Source of the DNA: Gracilinanus agilis
Lineage: Eukaryota
Assembly: GCF_016433145.1 (NCBI RefSeq)
Contig: NC_058130.1
Span: 163,124,085 to 163,188,084 of the forward strand
Direction: 5' to 3'
DNA length: 64,000 nt
Part shown: in pieces, positions 37,262-50,170 of the stretch
Layout: the number at the start of each line of letters is the position of its first letter
Numbering within the stretch: the stretch's first letter is position 1
The notes under the pieces: model-generated
The model's database searches: none
What the model was told of the DNA's origin: nothing
The model's input: the letters and a program-made list of their open reading frames with translations, nothing else
Made by a program: the position numbers and the translations under genes

Positions 37262-37452
37262 CAGTGAGTTTCATACTTTTAGTCTCAGAATCCTTTTATA
37301 CTCTTCAAAATTATTGACTCCTACTAATGCGTCTTTGTTTATGTAGGTTATATTATCAATATTTATTGTATAAAGAATTAAAATGTTAGTAGTATTTTGA
37401 AAGTAGTTTTAACCTTGTCTGTTCTCTGAAAAGTGGTTCCTGAGAACCACTG
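37262..37452. mobile_element. hAT-Charlie-type MITE inside a SINE head; related to the 31274 element, opposite orientation
   Basis: cagtgagtttc...tgagaaccactg termini. The interior is similar to the reverse complement of 31274-31499. SINE sequence resumes as ccctatatcatgctgcctc. Confidence 0.7.
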
Positions 37453-40029
37453 CCCTATATCATGCTGCCTCTTAACTTTCTCTTTAATACATTCATAAAA
37501 AGATGTCATTGTTTTGTCTGGTACCAAGGAAATGGGGCTATGGGACTTCAACTCTGTTTGTATTTATAGCAGACTAATGAGAAACATGATTTTGACGAAT
37601 CTTTTGGGTGGAAGTCTCATTGATATAAATAATATTGTTGCTTTCTTAGACTTTTAGGCTGAGGATAACTTGGTTGATACTCAGAGGTCATGGCTACAGC
37701 AGGCAAAAAAATAAGGTTCCTCCCAAAGAAAATTTCAGATTATTTCAAATGTGTGACAGAAGCCATAGTCTGAACATTAAGCAAAAGCAGACAGTTCAGG
37801 AGCATAGATATAATTGTTCTATTTTGCTTTTGTTGACCATATGCCAAATAAAGTATTTTTTTTAAATCAGCTCACTCATATTCTAATTTTCTACTTCATA
37901 AGTTACTTGGCTTTTTTTTTTCCTCATCAAACTAGTCGCTTAAGCTAAGAAGGCTCTATAAAAGCTAACAAAAAGAACCAGAAAGGCTGTTTGCTACTTT
38001 TTCTTAGTCCAGGAAACACTTAGCCAATACTTTATGTAGCCAAGTATTCATCAGCCAATTCTAAATAGATCAAACACATTCCAGCTTAATTCCTGGCAAT
38101 GGAAAGGACCATAGTGATAGAGTTCTTTCCTTCAGGTAAATAAATTGGAGGAGATATTGAGAAGTCATAACAGAGTTAAAGAGGTTATGGATTTTTAATG
38201 TTGTATTTTAAGGAGAATGAAGCAAAAGATCTAAATGTTTATTTGTTTAAGTTCTTTACATTGGCTCCAACATTAAGGAGTTAAGAGATGAGGCATAGAT
38301 AACATTGTATAAATTATTTAAAAAAATTCAAAAGCAAAGGCATTATCCCATTATCCAAAAGACACAAAACTTCTCTTGATAATTTCCCCTACATGGAATG
38401 AGGAGCCAACACAGAGGGAACAGACTATCACTGTTTCAATAATTTGAAAGATAAATGTAGCTTGGACTTGGTATTAAATGGAGATGGAGATCCTTGTGAT
38501 TTCATTGCTTTAGGAAATTCTCTGATGCGTAGCCCCTTCTTCTAATGCAGATTGGCACCTTCTTTGAGATGTAAGAGTACTGAGTATAAAATGTTTGCCC
38601 AGGGTCATACAGTGTAAGTCAGAGGTGGACTTGAGCTTAGGTCTTCCTTGTTTCAAGACCAGATCTCTATCTACCATGTGGTGCTGCCTCACTTGAAATT
38701 AAATACTAGGGGGAAGAATAAATTTGCTATATTGATAACCAAAACAATATGGACTGTTTGGATCTCAGCTTTCATATTGATTTAAAAAAAACCTACAAAT
38801 AATGGAAAATTGGAACCTTCTCTGAAATAATTAAAAGGTGAAGGGAAACAGAAAGACATATAATCCAAAATAAAATAAATGTCTAAAAATAATATCAAAT
38901 GATGCTTTCTCTAGTGCAGGGAGGGGAAAAGGGAGTTTCCTGGGAATTTTAATGTAATAAATAAAATTAGAAAAAAATATATTCTGCCATTTTTAAATGT
39001 TTACATATCTATGTTTAAGTATAACTCTATTATCAGACATGGCATTTCGCTTCAAACAAAATAATAAAGTCATATTCTGAGAAACTGAGTGAAATAGATA
39101 TCTAGTCTATCCACTTCTGAGTCTGCTTAATTACCCCTTACCTTAGTTCCAGTCTTTTTGGGGAATGAATTGCTTCCTTCTTAAGTTGATATAAAGGATC
39201 AGAAGAAGCAGAAGTGCTCTCTCTCCTTTTTAAAAAGATACATTTTTATTGATATTTTTTGTTTTCCCATCAATCAATTTCATTCTCCATTTTTCTCCTC
39301 ATCCTAGAGGACCATTCCTTATTCCAAAGACTTTTTTAAAAAAATAATTAAAAGAGAAAATGATAAAATAGAACACATATTTACATATATAATACATTGC
39401 AGTCACCTCTCACAAAGAATGGCTACTTGATCTTGGGCAAATCATTTAAATTCTCAATGCTCTAGGAACGTAACTTGCAGGGGAGGCACCTATTATATGT
39501 CAAGCACTGTGCTAATAAGCACTTTACAAATATCAAACTTGGAACATTAGACAAAACCTTGGGCATGTAAGCTTTTCTGAATGACGAGTGTAAATTTGGG
39601 GTATTTCTTTTCACCTCAATTTTGCAGATGCTCATGGCCTGATATTTTCATCCCAGCAGAGTCTTTCCATTTTTCGTGCACATTGACAGTTCCCCTATTC
39701 CCTGGCTATGATCATTACCTTTTCCTACATAGGGAAAAAAAGCTTTTTCAAAAAATTTGTTTCCAGAGTCCTATTAAGTGTTATCCTAGCAACATTCCCT
39801 GGAATGCTTCCTATTCAGGATGAAGTACTAGAGCTATTGTATCTCTTAAGAACATTCTGCAGTTAAACACTTGTAGGAATGTTATGGCAAGCAGGGGCAA
39901 GTAGATTTCTAGTGGAAAAGCCCAATTTTAGCGCCGACACCAGGTACACAATGTGGCAATGCATGTTCTCTTAACTTTAGTTATCTATCTCTCTGATTAT
40001 GGATTCAGAAGAGAGAAAAGAGTGGTGAG

Positions 40030-40410
40030 CAGACCTGTAATTTCACTAGCATAGGGGACTCCATAATGGGGAAATTCCCCCTACCAATGGAGGTTGCCAA
40101 CTTTCATGAAACAGTCATAGAGGTTGCCTAGAGGAGAGGTATCAGATTCTCTGTCATGGGCTACAGAATTCCTGGGTGTAGTTTTAATCAGATGAAAATG
40201 TAATTGGGAAATATGTAACAAGATAAAAATACAACACAACATAGATAATGTTAATTTGTAGTTTTCTAAGTCAATAAGCTACATGCAGAGATCTGATTCT
40301 ATTTGAATTTTATACCACTGGCTAGAGCACTAATAAATTCAGTGATTTGTCCAGGGTCACCAAGAGAGCATATTGTCAGAAGTCTGATTTACGTTGTAGA
40401 CTTCCTGACT
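40030..40410 (-). mobile_element. WALLSI4-like CORE-SINE interrupted by a MITE
   Basis: cagacctgtaatttcactagcatagggga...ccctaccaatg...gttgcctagag[insert]...cact...gtgatttgtccagggtcac. Confidence 0.75.
40134..40320. mobile_element. hAT-Charlie-type MITE, same family as 18343-18549
   Basis: Ends (g)agaggtatcaga and ttctatttgaattttataccactg. The left flank GCCTAGAG reappears on the right as GCTAGAG (one C short). Confidence 0.75.
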
Positions 40411-43400
40411 TTGAAAAATCCCTGCTTGCCTATCATCTCTTACAGGCATGATCTGAATTCTTCCTCTAAAGAATCCTTTCTTCTTTAAATTTTCTCTTCT
40501 CTTCCTTCAATTAAATTCAGTTCAAAACTTCATAGACTTACTTTAATTACCATCAAGCCAATTCTTATAAAGGCAGATGGGAAGGATATTTATCAGTTAA
40601 CAAATTGGAAGAGAATTTTAGCAGTCATGGAGTTCAACTGCAATATTTTCCAGATGAAGGGACTCTGGGCAAAAGAGAAAGAGTAGCTTGCCCAGGTCAC
40701 AGAGCTGGTATGTGTCAGGGGCAGATTTTGAACTCAAGTCTTCTGGGTCCTGAGGCTGGTTCTCTGTTCACTCTAGGACATTACCTCTGATTATACTTCA
40801 TAAATGGTAAAATTAGAATGTTTAGATATCTATCTCCTTCCTCATTTTAAAGATGAAGATTATTATAAGAAGTTGATAATGGGATGACAAATAATGGTAT
40901 TTTACTATATTTGGATATGGATCATCGCATATATATTGTATTGTATTGGAACTGGGGTGAGCATCGACGTATAATGGAAAAGACACTGGATTTGGAGATA
41001 GATCAGGTTTGAGTTCTGAGTTTTATGCAGGAGTTTTATGACATGGGCCAAATCACTTACCCTCATGTTATCTCTATAGTTGGGGGTAATAATATCTGCC
41101 CTGCTTAGCTCTAAGAGTTGCCTTGAGGAAACACTTTTCAAATATCAAGTAAATGTAAATTATTGTGACAGCTTTTTGATACAACAGTATCCCTGCCACT
41201 TCTTCAGTCTCTCTTTGCATCCCCAGCACCCAATATAGTATCTTGCACTTAGTAGGTTCTTAGTAAATACTTGCTTGTTTGATTGAAGTCTAGCATAAGG
41301 TATCAGGAAAATCCAGAGCACGAGAAAGAAAACGCTAAAGTGCCTATTTGTAAGGTGAATTTACTCATCTTCAAAAGTAAAATTTCATGGACTACAAAAG
41401 TTATCGTCCATGATGCTTATTTTTGGGATCATGTTACTGTAGAGCAGAAGGCTCCAGAACTACTGCTTGGGCTTTTATCATGTACTTGTGCCAATTTCAA
41501 ATCTTATTAGGCAAGGAAGTGGTGCCTGGCAAATGATTCGTCCTGCCTTTTCTTATTAATGCCTCTCAATTCATTTTTATTGAACTAATTAAACTTAGAG
41601 TGATATTTCAAGTACAGATTTTTTTTTCATTACTGAATCTTAAGCCAGCACATTAATGTTGAAGAATTAGGGTGAGTCAGATGCTTACTCATTTGTGGAA
41701 GACTTTTCATTTAAAAAATTCTGGCTTTGCCAACTCTGCATCAAGTTTCCTTTGGAAACTGTAAGGGCAGGATGGTACAATTTTGCCATGATTAAAAATA
41801 AAACAAACAAGCTCAAAGATTCCCCTGGCCCCTTCTCATTTCCTCTCTCCCTGCCCCTCCTCCCACCAAAGGAAGCTGCAGAAAAAGAAAACAAATTCCT
41901 AGATTGTGGGCATGCCATACCCTTGCTATGGCAAGCTTGAGACTTAACCTAGAAAGGAAAAACAAATCTTGCCTCGGGCTTTTAAAAGGCTAAGCTCAAA
42001 TTTGAAGATAAAAGTAAAGTTTATGCTTTTGTGTTCCTTAGTAAGGATGTTGTGTTGATGACCTTTTTCTCCCTGGGTTTTCCTAAACTTTACCATCTTG
42101 TTTTCAGTCAGTTAGATCTCATTCTGCTAAAAATAAGTAAATTGTTCACTTTGTAAGCAGTAGACCAGTATGGACATTTTCTAATTCTTGCTTTGGAACC
42201 TATATGTTATTAATAGACTCACTCCTGCTTTAAGCTAAGTAAACTGGAGTTCATTAAATCTTTCTAGGCTACAAGTTAGGGGCTTCTAGGTTCCATGTCG
42301 ACACAAGAATATGTTCTACTTTGGCACAGAACCCAGGATAGTGTCATGGTACCCTCTAAAATATATCTTACTCTGGTACATTTTCCTGTATTCTCTATAG
42401 AAGGAAGAAGAATGGGGGAAATCCAGGAAAATTCATTGTATCTAAACAGAAGAAACTCTACTGCAGGAATAGCCTAGCTAGTTTAGAACTGCTGCCAATC
42501 AGTGATAATATATAGCACAGAGTCTCTTGGAAGGCTACTTAAATGATAAATTTAAATAATTATTGCTCAGATATAGTGTGAACAGCCTAAAACATCTTAG
42601 AGATGAGGAATATCTAGGAAAACTGCTGCATAAAAGATAATGTTAAAGAAATATATGACTGGAAGAAAAAAAAAGAAGAGCTGGTCAATAATGAGAATGA
42701 GGGATAACTGCTGGACAGGAAGGAAACAAGCATTTATTAAAGCACCTACTAAGTGCCAGGCACTGTTCTAAGTACTCATTTGAGCCTCATAACAATCTTG
42801 GGAGGCAGGTGCTATTACTATCCCCAGTTGAATAAATTGAGGCAGACAGATGAAATAACTTGTCCAAAGTCACATAGTATTCCTATTTGAACTATGATCT
42901 TCTGAACTTCTGCTATTAGCGGTGATGAGGCCACTAAAGCTGCCTGGACAGCTCCCAAACTCCATTGTCATTCATCTAATGTGAAGAGAATTCAGGGAAA
43001 TCTAGAACTTTGGATAGATCCCCTGTGGTAGAATTATGGGAAGGCACACAGGACAGGTAAACATGGGAATGTGCATGCTTAGAGGGAATGCTTAGAAGAA
43101 ACCTTTTTGAGTATTGGAATATGATGGCTTGACCACCAACATCCTTTCAGATATTGCCAGCTTTCAGCTTATAAGAATGTGAAAGTGAAGGCTCATATAA
43201 AGCCATATGTTATGTTAGTGATGATAAATTAATTGTCCTTTGGTCTGTATTGTTTTTTCTAGCCTCTGGTTCATGCCTTCCTTAACTGTTATATCATAGT
43301 AATTGTGAGACCTGTCAGCCTGAATGAATCCATTTCAAAATTGTTTTTATTCTGTACTCAAGTTGTAGTTTACTTGGCTGCTATGACTTGGTATATGATT

Positions 43401-44199
43401 ACTTTTGTTTTGACTTCTCTTTCATTTAAATAACCTCTAACTCTTTGTAATTTTGAATAATCTAGAAACCCAAACGGTTCCTAGAATGATCTGTTTATGC
43501 TAGCTTACCAGAGTGAATAGTGTTATTAAAAAAAAAGAAAAGCAAGGTTTGAAAGGTACAAAGTGAATGTTTATTTCATTTTCTGCAGTTGGAGAAAATA
43601 GCTTGCTTTCTTTTGCAAATGAACTTGTTCATTTGGGGGTACAAACACCCTTAAAATAACTTTCCTTTTGGGTGCTAATGCAACTTTATTCATCATATAA
43701 ATGAATGGATCAACAAAGGAAACTATGATTGAGAAAGGCATTCATTTAGTGCTTACTATGTGCCAAGCCTATGCTAAATTCTTGAAATCCAAACAGAATA
43801 GTGACATAGCCCTTGCTCTCAGGGATCACACAATCTATTGGGGGAGACAACACAGTATGAAGTTTTGCTCTAAGGCACATGGAAGTACAAAGGGTATAGC
43901 TACCGGGCACATTTCAAGGCTCTCAGGTCCTTAGGGTGCATTGATAAAGCCAAGGATCTTGTGGCCAGGTGAATGGAAATGCCAGTGGGTCCTTCCTATG
44001 AGAAGCTTTAAGACTAGTGATTCCCTGCTCATTCAAGAATGTGAATGTCTGTGTCTGGTTTGCAAGGATTAGGAATGGCTAGTGGGCCCAAGAATATGAG
44101 TAGAGACTTTCTCTTCCCTCCCATAGGGATGGGAATGGAGGGTCCAACATCAGCCCAGAGGCACTGAAGAGAAGGGGGAATAGGCAGTTAGGCTGAAGC

Positions 44200-45965
44200 T
44201 TAGGTAAGGCTCCCAGTGTACCTGCTCCTTCTAGGTGCTGGATGGGGTATGTTCGATTAGGTCTTTTCCTTGAAATATCTGTCCTTATCCCCTTTGATCT
44301 GTCTGTAGAATTTGGCATTCCTGATGTTCTGAAATAATGTCTTCCTTGGAGTTTTTGTGACACTTTCATTTCCTGCTTCTCTTCCTTCTTGTCTGACCAC
44401 TCCCCAATTGCTTTTTTTCTTTCTTGGATTATGAATGCCTCTTAGCCATAGCATTTCCCTAGAATTTTGCCCTGGGCCCTCTTTTTCCCCCTTTATTCCT
44501 TCTCATGAAGAATCCTGGCATTTTCCATGACTTCTGCTATGTACCTGTTAAAGGCACCACCATTCTTTCCAAGCTTCCATATATATAACCATGGTGGTGT
44601 CCTTGGCCCCTCACTGTCCTTTACCCCACATATTCTGAATAGGTTGCCACATCATATTTTTACTTCTATTCCATTTGTAAAAATAAAAAAAAATACTGGG
44701 AAGCAATTATCTAAACTCTACTGACATTTACAGTATAAAGTGGTAAATCACAAAATGTCAGGGTCCTGGCATGTCCCAGTTCTTCCAAAGGCCCAGTGCT
44801 TATGTGTCACCCAGATATTTTGAGTCAAATTACACAGACCCCCACCCCCTCCTTAATAGGGGAATGGTCTTTTGAACACCTCTTTTCAGAGGGGATGACG
44901 AGAAAAGGTCTTTTTTTTTTAAAGAAAGTATACTCTATAAAGTAATGATCAATTCCATATATGGTAAAAGTCAAGGTCATCCGTGTGGTTTCAAAGCCAA
45001 CTGAGATATTATATTATCTGGACACCAGCCAGGTTGCTGGACACATGCACACATCTCCCCTTGGCAAAGATATCTTGCCGGGGCATTTTGGAGGATTTTT
45101 CTTGTGATTTTCTTGTGAATCACAATATGATTATTGATTACTGATTCTCATACACAATTATTCAATTAATTAATAATTGGGGTTATTCTTTACAATGTAT
45201 TTTATTATGATTATAATTTATTCTAATAATGACCACTTAAGAGGATTAAATGCAGAAACCAAACACAAAAATATTAGTAAAGCAATATATCCTAATTTAA
45301 ACAGTTTAACTGAGTTATCTTTTAGACATCTCTCACATATGATCCTTTCTCAGTATTCACATAACCACTAGCTTAGCTTAGGTCCTTATTACATCTTGTC
45401 TGGGCTACTACAAAAGCTTTCAGTCTTTTCTTTCCAAACTGCCCTCCTCAGAACTGCTAAAATAATCTCCCTAAAGCACAAGCCTAACTGTGTCACTTCT
45501 CTGTTTGAGAACCTCCTGTAGCTCCCTATTGCCTGTAAGGTAAAATGCAAACTTTCTCAGTGTGCTTTTAAATCCCTTCATAATCTGACTCTAGTACATC
45601 TTTCCAAACTTAAGGAACATTTCTCTTTTATGCACCTTCTTTTCTAGGCAAACTGGGTTTCTTGCTATTCTTTGAATCTGGCCTTCCACTACCCACCTCA
45701 GCTATTTCACAGATAGCTCCTTCCCCCACCATCTAACTAACTCTCCTGCAGAACAAATATTTTCTAGTTTCCTTTAAGACTCAGCTCATGTGCTACTTCC
45801 TATGGGAATCCATTTTCCATTCCCCTATTTGTTAGAGCTCTCTCCCTCCTCTTCAGATTATCATGTATATAATGATCTGTTTACCTACTGAATAGAACAT
45901 AAGCCTCTTGCAGCTAGGGGCTATTTTATCATAGTAACCCCGGTGACTTTTGCATAATAAATGTT
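44200..45965 (+). mobile_element. L2 fragment split by an LTR-like insertion
   Basis: Pyrimidine-rich L2 sequence that breaks at 44675, resumes near 45327 (catctctcacatatgatcc) and ends in an L2 tail (aataaatgtttatt...gaattgaatt-like). Confidence 0.75.
44676..45326. mobile_element. Probable solo LTR (about 650 bp)
   Basis: Interrupts collinear L2. Termini TGTAAAA and TTTTAGA (6/7 inverted match). Flanks CATT and CATC. Confidence 0.5.
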
Positions 45966-46810
45966 TATTAAATTCTTATTGGATTGAATTAGATATACAT
46001 GAAATGTTTTTCTCTTAGTACGCTCTGGAGTGGAAATACAAAAGAAAAAATGGTTAATATTTCTGAAAGATATCTTGAAACTAAAAGCTTATTCAGTATT
46101 AATAATCTCTAATCATATCAGATTTGGAAACTCTTCTGATGTAGGTTTTTTAAAAAAATGTTGGTATAATTTGTACAACCCAGTGGAATTGTGTGTTGGC
46201 TCTGGGAGGGGGGATGGCAGAGGGAGGGAAAGAAAATGAATCATGTAAACATGGAAAAATAATTTTAAATTAACTAATTAATTAAAAATATATTGGTGTA
46301 GCACTTTTAATAGAGCAACAGATGCCAGATTAACATGGCTGCAAGCAGTCTGTACTACTCTAATAGTCAATAAGAGTCTTTCTGGGTGACTGGACAAAAG
46401 ATTATTTTACTAGGTCTCAAAAGAGAATGTTTTGTTAGGGATGGCAAGATAGAAACCAATCCTTTGATGATAGGAAGTTCTTTGGAAAGCCTTGTCCAAG
46501 GGGGAATTCCATGTCTCTGGTAATAGTCTTGGCAATGTCCTTAGATAGCATTTCCTGTTCCTCAACAGGAAGTTATGTCCAACCCTTTACCAGGTCTATC
46601 CCTTGCTTGGCCTTTTTTCACCATGGTATGTACAGCTGAGGTGATTGCTGTTTTGGAGCCACTAGCACTGGCTGGCAGGGATAGTTGCAGAGGTAAGGAC
46701 AGTAGATTGGGCTTTTTTATGTCATTGTGATAATAGAATTCCACTTCATCTTTCTCTTCTGAAGAACTGTAGCTGTGGTGCTGGCTGCAGTGGTTGTGTG
46801 TTATTGGTTG

Positions 46811-47085
46811 TGTGTGAATAGAATTAGCTTTAGCCCATTTATAGTTAAAACTCTACTATCAGAAATGATATCATCCTCACCTCCCTTAGTGGGGAGGGGA
46901 GATGAGTTACCCACATGTGACAATAAGTAACAAATCAAGAACAAGGGACTGTCCTTTGGGCAGTCCAAATCAGTGTAGAGGCTGCCATTTGTCCACTTGA
47001 ATTAGAGGTGGACCCACAGGAAGTGACGAGAGACACTATCTCTTCAAGTATGTTGGTTACTTCTTTAGCTAATTCTATTCACACA
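46811..47085. repeat. 275-bp unit bounded by a perfect 19-bp inverted repeat, with an LTR-like interior
   Basis: TGTGTGAATAGAATTAGCT (46811-46829) and AGCTAATTCTATTCACACA (47067-47085). GTTG lies on both outer sides. Confidence 0.9.
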
Positions 47086-48269
47086 GTTGTGGTGTCCTTC
47101 TTGGTGCCTGTCATAAACTGAGTTTTTGTTCTTTCTTTTTTGGGGGGTTTTCACAATGTGTTTATTTCAAAATTCTGTGCTTTGGCTAGTGCCTCATAGT
47201 AGGAGTTCTCAGATCATCATGCATGGGGGTCAAATATATCCTTGGGATAATTGGTACTGAGCCTTTCAATTGAATAGCATTGGATAAGCTTCTCATAAGT
47301 GCTCAGATTCCAAAATGCCTTCTTCCTCTGGAAAATGTGGTTCATATCCATCCCTTCCTTTATCTTCTGCTCATGTATTTTTTGTGTTTTGTCCTGGAGA
47401 GGACTTGAGTATCTGCCAGAGAGTTCTGGGGGGACTTTATCGTCATCAGGAGACATGTTCCTGACTCTCTCAGAGAAGGATACAACCAACTCCTGAGGCT
47501 TTCTCTTTTCTGGTTATGAAAACTCCTTTAGGTCATCAGCCTCAGGTTTTTCAGTCTCTGAATCTTCATCTCCATATTTTCTCCTATTTTATTTGTCCTT
47601 TCCCTCAAAACTATTTTCATCTCCCTGAAAATGAGAAAAATCATCATCTTCATAAGCTTAGGACACTAAGCCACCTTTTTCCACCACTGCTATCTTGCTC
47701 CTAGCCACAATAATGTTTCTCATACTGTCTATCTTCCTTCTTCCTGACACCAGTGCTCCTGGATGATACTGGGACTTCCTACTGGAAGCCTCTTGACACC
47801 CTCACTTCCTCCCCAATCCTAACCTTTTTTTTTCCTTAACAAGGAGCTATTAAAAAAAGTTAATTCCTTCATGATCTCACCCCTATCTTTTCTAGGAGTA
47901 TCTGTTAAAAGAAGAGAAATCTAAATAAATGGTTTACATTAAAACTGTACAATCATGGAATAGCAAAGCTATAGAACAGATGTAGGAATCATGGAGGTAA
48001 ATATTCTCACTTTTCAGATAGAGAAATTGAGTTCCCATAGATGTACTCTAAAGAATCTTGGCATTTTAACTTTCTTGAAAAAGAATGGAAGAAAAGAGAA
48101 GGAAAGAGATATATAATTAATCAATATGGTTTTTATAAGTGAATATTTGTTTAGGAAACTGGGTTAGGCATTATGAAAAATAGAAATATTAGACACAGAT
48201 AAGCAAAACATATTATTCTGTAATAACCTTTGTAAGCACTTGTAAAGCTTTGTTGCCAAAAGGCATATT

Positions 48270-48770
48270 TAGAAATTATGGCAGATAGAAATTGGGGAAT
48301 GGTGAAACAAATTATGAATAATGTAATGAAATATCATCGCACTGTAGGAAATCATGAAACGGACAGATTTGAGAAACATAGAAAGACGTTTATGGATTGA
48401 AGCAGAGTGAAGCGAGCAGAACCCAGAGAACAATTTATACAGTCACTTAAACATATAAAGGAAAACTGTTGGGATCCCTACAATGTCCAACTGTGAATCC
48501 AGAAGACCATTGATGAATGTTATTTCCCACCTCTTGGATCAGAGAGGTGACAGAATGATTAGGGCAGAATAAAGAGTGTTTTTTCAAATATGGTCAACAT
48601 GTGGTATTGTTTTGTGTGTACCTGTACTTGTTACAAGAGGGTCTAGGTTTTTTGAAGAGGGGAGAGTTTTAGAACAACAGTGCAAGGATAGGGACACCGA
48701 TTCTAAAAAAAAAAAAAAGTAAAGGAACAAAGTAAAAGAGAATCAATTTTTAAAATTCAGTGAAGGAGAA
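48270..48770 (+). mobile_element. Old LINE-1 3' end
   Basis: ggggaatggtgaaacaaattatg...gcagagtgaagcgagcagaacccagagaacaat, followed by an A-rich end. Confidence 0.75.
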
Positions 48771-49167
48771 TGAAATTCAAAATGGACCACAGATACCCTG
48801 GGCTGTACTGAAACTACCATGCTAAATTTGAAATATCTAAAAGAAGAAGTTTTATGTTGTGGAGATTCATGGCTTCATTTGTAATACTCTTTTTCCATAT
48901 GTTCTTTTGGGAAATATTAGTGTTTATTGATGTTGGTCAAATCAACGATAACAGAAAGGGAAAATTTAAAAATTACAGGAGAACAATTTTTATCCAAATT
49001 AAATCTGTAACATTCTTGGACTTGGCTCCTTTTTGTATTTCAACATAAATATCAATGATTAGTTTCAAAGGGCTGGATAATTTATTGGAGTGTTTATTCT
49101 GTTGCTTTTCTTTTTCCATAACATTCCACTATTTCACATGTGCTTGTTTTTCCTTCTCATTTTATAG

Positions 49168-49304
49168 TTGTGCCATCAGCAAATCTGATCACGCCCAATC
49201 TCACAGTTGAGGAAGGGAAGTCCATCACATTGTTTTGTAACACATCAGGACATCCAGCTCCTGATGTATCCTGGGAAGTCGGTAATCTGGTTTCCAAACA
49301 TATG
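49168..49304 (+). CDS. NTRK2: NTRK2 coding exon, Ig1 first half (137 nt, phase 1-0): [45 protein letters not shown]
   Basis: cattttatAG acceptor and GTAAGG donor. Matches human [23 protein letters not shown]...[11 protein letters not shown]. Confidence 0.97.
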
Positions 49305-49798
49305 GTAAGGTTTATGTTCAGCTGTGTAATAATTCAGACACATGATATTTCTACTTGAGATAGTATTAAACCTGGTGATCATCATTTAATATTTTCCAGA
49401 ATACAAATAGAAATGGAAAGTGAGTTTTTGACTTACATATATTTTCCATCTGTTTTTAATCAAGAAATACCAGTGCAGATTGTGTGATACAAGCAGATTT
49501 GCATTTTAGTTTATGTACACCCATAGATGGCAAAGTCTATATATCCACAGTGAGGTCTTGGTGACAGCATAAGCCAGGTGAGTCAAATTGCTTGTGCTCT
49601 TTTTCCTTAGAGAAAGGTAAGTGGCAAATAAAGGAGTGTTTTAGCTTAACCACCTGGGAATGTAACATCTGGAGTCAGGTACAGGCAGGGAAACTTTTGT
49701 GACTTTTTTCCTTGCTTTCGCAAGGTGAGGAAACACAAGATCATTTCACTCTAGGATTCTTCCTAACAATTGATTTTTTTTTGTTTATTCATTTGTAG

Positions 49799-49931
49799 AA
49801 TGAAACAAACAAGGCATCGGCCTCCTTAAAGATAACTAACATTTCATCTGATGACAGTGGAAAACAAATCTCTTGTGTGGCAGAAAACATTGTAGGAGAA
49901 GCTCAAGATACTGTCAACCTCACGGTGCATT
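49799..49931 (+). CDS. NTRK2: NTRK2 coding exon, Ig1 second half (133 nt, phase 0-1): [44 protein letters not shown]
   Basis: catttgtAG acceptor and GTACGT donor. [19 protein letters not shown] is identical to recalled human TrkB. Confidence 0.97.
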
Positions 49932-50116
49932 GTACGTAAATAGACGTGCATACATTTTCATTTACAGATTCTTTTGGCTCAAACCCCCTTAACTATTTGG
50001 CCTTCAGGTTATTAATCAATGATGTTGTTTAATATGTTAGCAAAACCTACAGATTTTGTGGCGTGTACATAACTAAGATTATTGGCTTCCTGTACGTGGT
50101 GCAATCCTTTTTAATG

Positions 50117-50118
<2 letters not shown>

Positions 50119-50164
<46 letters not shown>
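50119..50164. repeat. (TC)23 microsatellite
   Basis: Direct reading. Confidence 0.97.
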
Positions 50165-50170
<6 letters not shown>

